A DNA stretch of 64,000 bases, from assembly GCF_006345805.1 (NCBI RefSeq), contig NC_043011.1, positions 41,242,464 to 41,306,463 of the forward strand, written 5' to 3'. Made by a program: the position numbers and the translations under genes. The notes under the pieces are model-generated. The model had not been told where the DNA came from. It ran no database searches and worked only from the letters and a program-made list of their open reading frames with translations. Positions 51,417 to 62,469 of the stretch are shown in pieces; the stretch's first letter is position 1; each line of letters opens with the position of its first letter. The stretch comes from Octopus sinensis. Taxonomy: Eukaryota.

Positions 51417-52615
51417 GTTGGTATTGTTATTGGAAGTGTGATTTGAGTGAGATTTGACTGCTGTTTCTAGGCGTTTGAGCCACCACCTAGAGGCTTGTTT
51501 GTTGATTTAGTATTTATTATAGAAGTTGATTTTGTAAGTAGAATAGTTTCATTATCATCATCATTATTGTTTAACATCCACTTTCCATGCTGGCATGGAT
51601 TGGACGGTTTGAATGAGGACTGGCAAGCCTGAAAGGCTGCACCTGGTTCCAGTCTGACCTGGCAGAGTTTCTACAGCTGGATGCCCTTCCTAACGGCAAC
51701 CACTCCGATAGTGTAGAGGGTGCTTTAACGTGCCACCGACATGAGGGCCAGTCAGGCGGTACTGGCAACGGCCACACTCTAAAGGTGTTTTTTACGTGCC
51801 ACCTGCATGGGAGCCAGTCCGGTGGCACTGGCAATGACCATGCTCGAATGTTGTTTTTCATGTGCCACCAGCACGTGCTAGTAAGGTGACGCTGGCAACA
51901 ATCACGCTTGAATGATGCTTTTTACATTCCACTGGCATGGGAGCCAATCAGCAGCCCTGGCATCGATCACATTTGGATGTTCTATTAACGTTCCACTGGC
52001 ACAAGTGCTAATCAGGCGGTACTGTCTTCGGCCACGTCTGCGATTTTGATTTCACTTGCCTCAACAGGTTTTCGCAAGCGAAGTTTGAATGTAGAAAACT
52101 TTTCTAAAGTCTAGAACCTCACACTACCTACACTGTTATGGATTCATGAGGTAAGCTCTTTGTTGTTGCTAGATCTGCTAGAAAAAGCAGTCAATTCTCC
52201 TTCAATTGACACCTTAACTGGTTTATGTATGTATATATATATATATGGGTAAGCACCAATGAGGGAGACCTCTACTGTCTGATGGATAGATGGATTTTCC
52301 TTCTTCCCTCCCTCCCTACCTACCTCCCTTCCTCCCACCCTTCCTCCCGCCCTTTCTCCCTCCCTACCTCCCTTCTTTCTTTCTTAAATCACATCATTAC
52401 TATCTTTTAAAAGAAAGGGAAGGACCCATTATATATATCCTAAAGATCCTCTCTCAAGTTGGGATGGTCATGGTTTGGATTCTTTTGATCCTGTGCCTGC
52501 CTTGTCTGGGTTGACCTAGGGTTAAATGACAACAACTTTGGTGATGTAAGTCTTTGCCAGTGTCTTTATAAGATCCACTGACCACCTCTCTTTACCATTG
52601 TTTATATTCTGCCAG

Positions 52616-52697
52616 GAATGTTACCACGTCCCCAGTGAATATGAAGAAATGGAAACAGAATCTGCAGAGAATTCTAAAGAAATGGAAACATTGGAAG
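52616..52697 (+). CDS. MSTO1: Misato homolog exon 5 (acidic, poorly conserved)
   Basis: tgccag/gtaaaa, 82 nt; ECYHVPSEYEEMETESAENSKEMETLE; phase 0/1 bridges exons 4 and 6 exactly; no recognisable homology. Confidence 0.6.
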
Positions 52698-53399
52698 GTA
52701 AAACTAAAAAAATATTTTTTTTTTGTGTATGTACTATTGGCACCAAGTATGTGCATGTATGTATATATATATATAATAGACCAAAGTGTACGTACTCCGC
52801 TATATTTATATAAAAAGGAATACCAAAAATGAGACAAGAATGCAAAACATCCAGACAGATGATACAAAATAGGGACAACAAAACATCCAGGCAGACAATA
52901 CAAAAAAACAAGGATGGGTCATTCGGAGTTTTCTTTCTTCAGTCAAGTTCCAAATTATCTTTGCAATTCTGGCTGGTTATACTCGAGATTGCTCCAATCT
53001 GGCCAGCTTAATTTAATTCGTAGAGGACCAGGATATGTGGCATATTGGTGTACTTGAGAAGACCCACCCGCCACAACAGAATTGTGATCCTAAAACCAAG
53101 GTACCATGTTAAAAGCATTGGTGTGGGTGCTGATGTCACCTAAAAAGCACCCAGTACACTCTGTAGAGTGGCTGGCATTGGGAAGGGCATCTAGCTACAG
53201 AATCCAGGCCAAAACATTCTATAGACTCTGGTCTAGCTCCTGTCCTTGCCAATTCCTGTCAAGCAGTCCAACCCGTGACAACATGGAAAATGGATGTTAA
53301 ATGATGATGATGATACAAGAATATATTGTTGAGTTCATACATATACACTCATACATGCATACATGCACATGTATATACACATACATAGATACATGCATA

Positions 53400-53870
53400 C
53401 TGTCAGTATTCCAACACCTTTCTCCCACACGGAAATTGAAAACCCTCAATGCTACACTCAACTATTGTTATATCAACAGCCTTCTATGCCTGTGAAGCCT
53501 GGAAGAAGACAGTGAAGATCTCTCAATTGCTGGGTGTGTCCCATTGGCACTGTCTACGTTCAATCCTGAGTATGTCTTGCCAGGAGAGAGGGAGAAACAA
53601 AGAGGTGACGAGAAGAGCTTGCTTGGAATGTTTGCAGCACATGGGGACTATGAGGTGGATACGGTTTACTGGCCATGTGTTTCGACTACCGCAAGAGAGA
53701 TATGCTGCCAGTGTGATGGAGTGGATGCTGGGAGGAGGAGGAAACAGACGGAGGAGAAGACCAAGGAAGAGGTAGTACAGTATATTCCTGGACAGCATGA
53801 TAACGATAGGAGTCAGCCTGAGTGGAGCCATGAGGAAGATAAGCAACTGGGTTGTCTGGAAAAAGCTTGT
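53400..53870 (+). mobile_element. RTE-type LINE C-terminal fragment
   Basis: AFYACEAWK...HWHCLRSIL...RWIRFTGHVFRLPQERYA...RRRPRK. Confidence 0.75.
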
Positions 53871-54741
53871 ATAATACTGGAGGTTCTAAGAGCTAAGATA
53901 TATATATATATATGTGTATGTATGATATATGATATATACATGATATATGATAATACATATGTGTATGTCACCGTCACTGTGACCGACCAGGCTATCAGAT
54001 GTTGCTACACATCACTGGTCACAATGCGCTTCGCATTGTTTTAGCCTTCAAATGACGCCACCCCGCTGGCTAAGCGGGCAGGCCAACAGAAGAAAGAGTG
54101 AGAGAAAGTTGTGGCGAAAGAGTACAGCAGGGATCGCCACCACCCCCTGCCGGAGCCTCGTGGAGCTTTAGGTGTTTTCGCTCAATAAACACTCACAACG
54201 CCTGGTCTGGGAATCGAAACCACGATCCTACGACTACGAGTCCGCTGCCCTAACCACTGTGTATGTATGATATATAAATTCCCTACTGGGAAGGACCAAC
54301 TTTAAGAGAATCTTACATTGCTTATAAACTTTACATTTGGATGGACTCATATTAAACTGTTGGACTTTTGAATTTTACTCAAAGGATATTGGAATAATAC
54401 ACATATATACCATTATGCCTATAAAACGGATTTATGAACTCAATAACCATACATATCTTACATCTATTTTCTTTCCTCCACCTCACTCTCTATTTGTATC
54501 ACATCGAAACTATCTATAACTAAACTTTTCCTCTCACACCATCTCCGATAAAGGGATATTATTATTAATTAATATCCTAGAAACAGCTGTAAGACCTTCT
54601 ATCTATAAATGCTCTAATATATATATACAGCCTTGGTCTTTTTATCTCATTACACAAAAAATTCATATGTATGTATTTATATGTATATGTTGTTCCATTG
54701 TTGCTCTTTTCACCCCTGTTGTCATTATATCCTGGTTATAG

Positions 54742-54898
54742 AGATCAACAAGAGGGAAGAAACAGACGGAAACGAAGAATGCAATTCTGGCGACAAAATC
54801 TACAACTTGGATGATTCCACTGAAGTTTGGTCTGATTTCCTCAACATCCATCTCCATCCAAAAACGATCAACATTATTAATGATTACACCCACAAAAG
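54742..54898 (+). CDS. MSTO1: Misato homolog exon 6
   Basis: ttatag/gtacag, 157 nt; ...YNLDDSTEVWSDFLNIHLHPKTINIINDYTHK; motif VWSDFL..HLHP. Confidence 0.93.
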
Positions 54899-54950
54899 GT
54901 ACAGTCCTTTATTATTAGACATGGTTTCTTTTGTTCTCTTTGTATTTAAG

Positions 54951-56340
54951 ACTAGCAGCTAAGCCCAGTTTCACCCGGTCGATTTGGATGATGTGTCTGT
55001 AAAACCTGTTCTGTGTAAGCATTCGACTTGTTTGGGCACGCTTACATTTTAGAATGACTTTTTTCGATCAAAACACTAAAAATAACTAGCCAACAAAAAA
55101 AAAAGACAACCAAGATTCAACCAACTCAAAAAATAACCCAAATACTAAGCGAACAAAGATGAACCATCCCTCTTCCATTGCGCATGCACACACAAACACG
55201 CACACACACACACACATTCACATACTCCCCTCTTTTACATACATGCACATATTCACACAGAGTTGAAATGCTGTTTGATTTATTTTTTCAGTGTACAATT
55301 TCCATCATCCCACTACCAAGTATGACATCACCCTTTCCTTCCTTATTCATCTAGCACCCCTTCCTTTCTCATTCATAAACATTATGTATGTTTTATTATT
55401 GTAGATTATTATTATTATTATAGTATTATTATAGTAGATTAGCTCGGTAACCATGGGAGCTATGAAAAAATTCAAAGCCCAGCCACACCACCGGATCATT
55501 CTACACATTTTTCGTGCAATTCCACCCAGCCGTTTGACCGTGAACCTCAAGACAAGAAAGAATCGCCCATGTCAAATTTATATATACACAAGAATACAAC
55601 GACCACCCATGTCCAATTTATGTAACAGATGACTTTAGTCAGTGTAGAACAATAGTTGCATAAATATTTTTCATTATTTTTCCCATGTTCATTTTAGTCT
55701 ACAATTCCTATAAGCTCAAAAACGCATATGAGCTTGCTGGTATTCGAACCTCAGATCAAGCAGTTTCAACTTGTGCAGGCTAAGTGACTTAATAAGTATC
55801 CAAACATACATGTAACCTTGAGACAGAAATCAGTTGACACCTTTTGACATGAAGCAGCTTGCATACGTTGCCAACTTCTCGCGGCATGTGAATCATTAAA
55901 TCCTTCTGCGCTTTTAAGCTCAGCTTAGTGCAAAATAGAAAAAAAATTGAATCCTAATTTTTTCTTCCTTTGTACTGAAATTTTTGAAAAGCGAGCCTTC
56001 CCCATTATATGTAGAAAAAAATCGCTCTATTTCACAAAATTGGTTTGATCAAAATCACCCAATTCACAGCTGAATGGCAGGTGCAATCACCTTTGAATGG
56101 GGAATTCCATTAGAAAAAGTTTTAATCAATTTTCTCAGTAACTATGGGGGCTAGGAAAAAAATACAAAAGGCAGCACAATCTATGGACCCGTCTCCACCT
56201 GTGTGCCATTTTCCATGCAAATCCACCCAGCCGTTTGACTGTGAACCTCAAGACGAGAAAGAAAGAATACAAGAATACAACGATCGTCCATGTCCAGTTG
56301 ATATAATAGATTGAGTGTGTAGAGCTGTAACTAAATACAT
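54951..56340 (-). mobile_element. Helitron-like non-autonomous element with internal duplicated block
   Basis: Minus-strand 3' end CCGGGTGAAACTGGGCTTAGCTGCTAGT; block CCACCCAGCCGTTTGAC repeated near 55524 and 56223; distal boundary approximate. Confidence 0.55.
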
Positions 56341-56582
56341 TCCAGTCGTGACTATCTCATCTTATTTTCAGATACAGAGTATCTAGAGCCAGGTTTTTCT
56401 GTGTGTCTTTTATTTTTTTTTCTTAATTTATTTATACAATGATAAATAGTGATATATGTGTGTGAGTGTTGCCATGTTTGATCGCTAAATCCACAAGTTT
56501 CTTTTTTATTCTGTCTCTATTTATTTCCTCATACTCCTTTCTGTTGAAGAGCATAGGCTCGAAACATAAAAGACTTTCTCAC

Positions 56583-56829
56583 TAACTGGTGATGATGATG
56601 ATGGTGTTCAAACTGTCTCGTCTCAACAGAGAAATATTTACAAAATAGATAAATCAATAAAATAAAACAAAGATGAAAGTAATAAATAAATAAACAAAAT
56701 GAAATTCTTACCATTCCGTTGGCCTATTTTTCATCCTGAAATCATAAAGGGTGCTCTCTTTCTTTAAACAGTGTAAACTTCCTTTCAAGTCCCATAAAAT
56801 AAGGCGAGGAGTAAAAGTTACCTGCCCCT
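56583..56829 (-). pseudogene. Inverted duplicate of MSTO1 exon 3 plus first ~135 nt of intron 3, inside intron 6
   Basis: Reverse complement of 49970-50225; exon part 56712-56827 differs at 5 of 116 nt; AG acceptor and GTAAGA donor retained. Confidence 0.95.
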
Positions 56830-57435
56830 TGTTCATACACCTGTCTTCATCTTTTCTTTTTCTGTAAATTTCAACTATATATACATACACACTCACTTGG
56901 TCCCTAAACCCTCACCTATTTTTCTTTTTTCACACTCCTCCTTTATTTTCCTTCTGATGAATGACTAATATCCGAAACTCTTTCCCTTCCTTTTGTAAAT
57001 CAAATTAACACATTTGTTAAAATTCGTCCTTCCTATGATGACTTTTTCTTTCTATATTTCAAAATACTTGTAAATTACTTATTAATAATTTACTTATAAA
57101 ATTATATATTAATGAGTTACTTTTCAGCCACTCTGTATATGTATGTATGTATATATATATATATATATATATAAAAATATGTACTGTAAATTTAGGGTGA
57201 ATAGGGTATCTAACAATGCATGCAGCTGAAGAGAGCTTTAAACCATCTTTTATATCTATTATACACTGATGTAAGAACAGGTCGTTTATAAAGCTTGAAA
57301 CATGTGTACCGCGACATCCTTTGTGTTCTGTTTTTGATTTTATTTGATATATATATATATATATATATATATAGATGTCGGTACGTACATATATGTTTTT
57401 ATGTATGCATATATTTTATTTATTACACTATATAT

Positions 57436-57480
<45 letters not shown>

Positions 57481-57493
57481 AATTGTTTTCCAG

Positions 57494-57611
57494 TGAAGAA
57501 CAACCATTTGATGTGTTTGGCTCTGGTTATGAGACCATGTCTGGTACCGACATATGGGCTGAGATGGAGGACAGACTTCACTATTTTACTGAGGAATGTG
57601 ACATGTTACAA
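57494..57611 (+). CDS. MSTO1: Misato homolog exon 7
   Basis: ttccag/gtaagt, 118 nt; EEQPFDVFGSGYETMSGTDIWAEMEDRLHYFTEECDMLQ. Confidence 0.96.
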
Positions 57612-58193
57612 GTAAGTTTATGGCTTAGAGTCAATACTTATATGGACACTGATCAAATAATCTTTGTATCATTTTATCCTCACATTTGATATAAATTTAA
57701 GCGTTCACTTCTGGACTAACTAACTCACTCTGTGAGAGCCTCAGTTCAAATTGCACATGCCTCGAATGGGCCGGAGTATTTCTATTTTGGATGTATTTGG
57801 GGTACTTAGTTGTGCCCACGACTTAGTATTTGCTTCTTCTGTGGGTATGAGTAAGTATCTCATTTATTTCTCTTACCACATGTATCACTGACGAAGAGAG
57901 GGCTCTTAGTAGCTAACTTTGAAATCGGTCCGATATGGTAATAATGGAATTTTATAGAAATTTCTGTCGACCTTTTTTCAAGTAGCGTGCGTATTGTGAA
58001 AACATTATATGGTTAATGGACAATATGTCCAATTTTTCGGCATATTTGGCATTGGAAATTTTTTCCTTTGACCTCATTTATGAATTGTTTATAAATTTAA
58101 CCGTTAAAGGTATTTTTTAATATGCTGGCCATTGATAAAATTTTCTTTGAGAAAATATATTTTTTTTCGAAAAGAATTTTATCCTCACATTTG

Positions 58194-58242
<49 letters not shown>

Positions 58243-58390
58243 GCACGTAAGAAGCACCGTTTGAACTTTGGGCCTCACGGAGGCAGTGACAAATGTCCAA
58301 GACCTTTGGTGATATACTGTGCTTGAGAAGACCTCTCAAACCCTGTGAGATCATAGTCATGGCCGATGCTGGTATTACATAACTTCTATG

Positions 58391-58625
58391 TGTGCTGGTG
58401 ACACTTAAAAAAGTGCCATAACAATCTTGGAGTGGTTGGTGTTAGGAAGGGCATCCAGCTGTAGAAACATTGCCAAATCAGATTGGAACCTGGTGCAGCT
58501 GACCAGTTTTCAGTCAAACTGTCCAGGTTCCAATCTGATTTGGCAAGGTTTCTACAGCTGGATGCCCTTCCTAACACCAACCACTCCAAGAGTGTTATGG
58601 GTGCTTTTTAAGTGCCACCAGCACA
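58391..58625. repeat. Hairpin of two inverted SINE-C fragments
   Basis: About 100-bp arms, 29-nt loop 58494-58522. Confidence 0.9.
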
Positions 58626-59190
58626 GAAAATGGACGTTAAATGATGAGGATGATGATGATGTAAAACTCTGCATACATAGATCACTGTGTTACTGTATCA
58701 AGTAGACTATCGCTTGTTGTTATACACCACTGTTCACAATGTGTTTCCTTGCATCATTCTTGCTTTCCAAATGCTGCCACCTTGCTGGCTAGGCATGCAG
58801 GCCATCATTCCACTTGAATGGAATGGTCGTCCTTTGCAAGGTTGTCCATTTACAGCTGAGTGGACTGGAGCAACATGAAATGAAATGATTTTGTGCAAGA
58901 GTGCAACACGCTGCCAAATACGGGAATTGAAACCATGACCACAAGATTGTGAGGGCAACACATTAATCATTTAACTATGTGCCTTTATGCATACACACAT
59001 ATCTGTACCTGCGCACACACACACACACACACACATGTGCTCATATACATGCATACACACACACACATCTATAAATGCACACACACACACATGCACAAAA
59101 ACGCTTACACAAACTCATATACACATCTGTACATGCACACCCACACACACACATTCATACAAACACATGCTCACATACACACATATATAT

Positions 59191-59408
59191 CATCATCATT
59201 TAACGTCCGTTTTCCATGCTGGCATGGGTTGGACGGTTTGACTGGGGACTGACAAGCCAGGAAGTCGCACCAGGCTCCAATCTGACCCGGCAAGGCTTCT
59301 ACAGCTGGATGCCCTTCCTAACATCAACCACTCCAAGAGTGTTGTGGTTGCACTTTACATGCCACTGGCACAAGGAGCCAGTCAGATGGCACTGGCAACA
59401 ACCCACGC
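59191..59408. mobile_element. SINE family C with (GAT)n tail (representative)
   Basis: CCATGCTGGCATGGGTTGGACGG...GGATGCCCTTCCTAA; many copies, e.g. about 10460-10600, 18640-18880, 42890-43175, 48700-48840, 51555-52080, 60871-61090, 61995-62330. Confidence 0.8.
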
Positions 59409-59758
59409 ACATGTGCTCACATACATGCATATATGCACATCTCTACACAGATACATACACATATCTAAACATGCACACATACACACACAAACACGCATGC
59501 CCACCTCCACACACTCACACCTCTACACAGATACACACACATATCTAAACATGCACACATACACACACAAACACGCATGCCCACCTCCACACATCTACAC
59601 ACGCACACACACACGCACACACACACACACACACAACACACACACACACACACATGTGCCTGTGTGTGTAGCAGTCTTTCTAATCCCGTCAATCTGTCAT
59701 TTGTTAATTTTTAAATTTTTTCTTTCTTCACTGATTTTCTGTCCTTGTGTTTTTGCAG

Positions 59759-59890
59759 GGTTTCCAGATCCTGGTCGACGCACACAACGCCTTCACTGGG
59801 GCTGCTTCCTCAGTTCTGGAATATCTCCAGGATGAATTCTCCAGCAAATCTCTTCTCACCTTTGGCCTCTCTCCAACAAATTTTGCCAAT
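59759..59890 (+). CDS. MSTO1: Misato homolog exon 8
   Basis: ttgcag/gtaagc, 132 nt, phase 0/0; GFQILVDAHNAFTGAASSVLEYLQDEFSSKSLLTFGLSPTNFAN. Confidence 0.96.
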
Positions 59891-60658
59891 GTAAGCCTGA
59901 CCCCTTTTTTTTTTTATTTATTTAATCAATACACTGATACAGCTGTAGGGGCCTAGAGGGTGGCCCTTTTAGAAATAGCAGCCCATTTTTACTGCTGGTT
60001 ACATTTTATTGGTTTAACAAAGAAGCATATATTGGACAATACGAGCAGATGGGGTGGTCATGGCTGGAAGGCCTTTCATCATAAGTCTGCTTTTACAGAA
60101 TTGATCTGGAGCTAAATAACTCCAACAGAAGTCAGTAGCTTTGTGTTGTGGCTACTACACACACACACCACACACACACACACATAGGTACTGGTGTGGC
60201 TGTGTGGTTAAGGAGTTTGCTCCCCAACTGTGAGCTTCCAGGTTCAGTCCCACTGCATGGCACCTTGGGCAAACATCTTCCACTATAGCCCCAAGCCAAC
60301 CAAACCGTTGTGATGAGTGGATTTAGTAGCTGGAAACTGTGTGGAAGCCTGCCATACATGTGTGTGTGTCTGCATAGTCGTAAATGAGTGTCACTGTCAT
60401 ACAAGCAGTGTCATTCATATCCAATATTCTGTGTAAAAGATGTCTAACCACGATAAAAAGATATTACCTTGCTTGAAAACTGCTGAGTGTTGGCAACAGG
60501 AAGGGCATCCAGCTGTAGGAAATCAGCCTCAGTAAACTCTGTCCAACCTATACAAGCATGGCAAGATGGCTGTTAAATGATATGATGATGACGGGCTTCT
60601 CTCAGTTTCCATCTCCCAAATCCACTCACAGTATAAGAGGGAATCTGAATGTGTATGC

Positions 60659-61679
60659 CAGCATTTCTCAACCGGGTTTTGCCGGAACCCTAGGCTTCTG
60701 CAAAAGGTTCCTAGGGGTTCCGTGAGAAAGAGTGAGATAAGCTAATGTTAATTTTATGATTGTAATATTACTATACATGCACAACATATATTATTGTTTG
60801 TTGTAATATTGGCTAATTCCAGTCCTGCCTGACTGGCTCCCGTGCTGGTGCACACAATAAGCACCATGCATGCGTGGGTTGTTGCCAGTGCCATCTGACT
60901 GGCTCCCTGTGCCGGTGGCATGTAAAGTGCATCCGCAACACTCTTGGAGTGGTTGGCGTTAGGAAGGGCATCAAGCTGTAGAAGCCTTGCCAAACCAGAT
61001 TGGAGCCTGGTGCGACCTCCTGGCTTGTCAGTCCCCAGTCAAACCGTCCAACCCATGCCAGCATGGAAAACGGACATTAAACGATGATGATGATGAGGAT
61101 ATATATCATCATCATCATCATACATCCGCTTTCCATGCTGGCATGGGTTGGACGATTTGACTGAGGTCTGGCGAACCAGACACCAATCTGATCTGGCAGA
61201 GTTTCTGCAGCTGGATGCCCTTCCTAATGCCAACCACTCCAAGAGTGTAATATATATATATAAATAGGGGTTTGTATGATTGTGTATAGTGGGATATATA
61301 TTATTCAAAGGAATTCCAACTGTCTGTTTTTTTATGTTTTGTTTATATTCTTTATAATATTAATGTAGAATATAAATAGTATATATAGTAAAATGAAATA
61401 AAGTATTGATTGTCTTATTGAATAGATGAAATATTGAATATCAAATATTAAGGGACTAGTATACTTTCTTGCATTAAAGCAGTCTTCAAGGTCCCAGGTT
61501 GTGACAGGAGTGTTTCAACTGTGTATATATATATATATATATATGATATTTTTAACATAAACTGCAATGAAAAAATATGAGAAAGATATGGTATATATTT
61601 TTTTTTTTGTGCAGGGGTTCCTTGAGACATGTAATTTATTTTAAGGGTTACACAAGGGTAAAAAGGTTGAGCAACACTG
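60659..61679. mobile_element. hAT-like MITE with nested SINEs
   Basis: Ends CAGCATTTCTCAACC / GGTTGAGCAACACTG; TSD GTGTATGC vs GTGAACGC. Confidence 0.65.
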
Positions 61680-61773
61680 GTGAACGCTGTAAACTGAAGG
61701 TAAATCAAACCATTTTCACTGGGTTTATTTTCCTGTAACTAATATTTCCTCTTTCTGTCTATTCTTCCGCCAG

Positions 61774-61935
61774 ACTGACCGTAGTGGACATCACGTAATT
61801 AATGCAGCCCTATGTTATTACCAACTGCCCATGCAGAGTTCCCTGTTTGTTCCTCTGTCTCTATCCACATCTGGCTGGCCGTCCACAAGCCCTTCTAGTC
61901 CTGTCTACCGGAAGTTTCCACATGTCAATTATAAG
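61774..61935 (+). CDS. MSTO1: Misato homolog exon 9 (gene continues beyond window end)
   Basis: cgccag/gtaaga, 162 nt; TDRSGHHVINAALCYYQLPMQSSLFVPLSLSTSGW...FPHVNYK. Confidence 0.92.
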
Positions 61936-62469
61936 GTAAGAGACACAATTTATAGCTCACTTTTACATATTGTTTGTTTTATATATATATATATCATCAT
62001 CATCGTTTAACGTCCGTTTTCCATGCTAACAACATGGGTTGGACGGTTTGACTGGGGTCTGGGAAGCCAGGAGGCTGCACCAGGCTCCAGTCTGATCTGG
62101 CAGCGTTTCTACAGCTGGATGCCCTTCCTAACGCCAACCACTCCGTGAGTGTAGTGGGAGCTTTCTATGTGCCACTGGCACAGGTGCCAGGCGAGGCTGG
62201 CAATAGCCATGATTGGTTGGTGCTTTTTATGTGCCACCGGCATGGAAGCCAGTCGAGGCGGCACTGGCAACGGTCACGTTCAGATGGTGCTTTTTACGTG
62301 CCACCGGCACTGGTATCACAACTACAATTTACATTGATTTTTTGATCGATTTCGATTTCACTTGCCTTAACAGGTCTTTGCAAGCAGAGTTTTGTGTCCA
62401 AAGAAGGAAAGGTATGCATAAGTGGACCGGCTACATGCCAGGTAAAGGCCATGGGTTATGGTCTCACTT

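Noticed and set aside
56708-56896. Separate minus-strand Misato paralogue
   Set aside because: Only exon 3 and adjacent intron are duplicated; no other exons were found on the minus strand.
57887-57930. Hammerhead at CTGACGA-AGAG-AGGG-CTCT
   Set aside because: GAAA does not follow helix II and no helix I was found.
881-61935. Minor (U12) or non-canonical introns in either gene
   Set aside because: All inferred introns are GT-AG without the RTATCCT donor signature.
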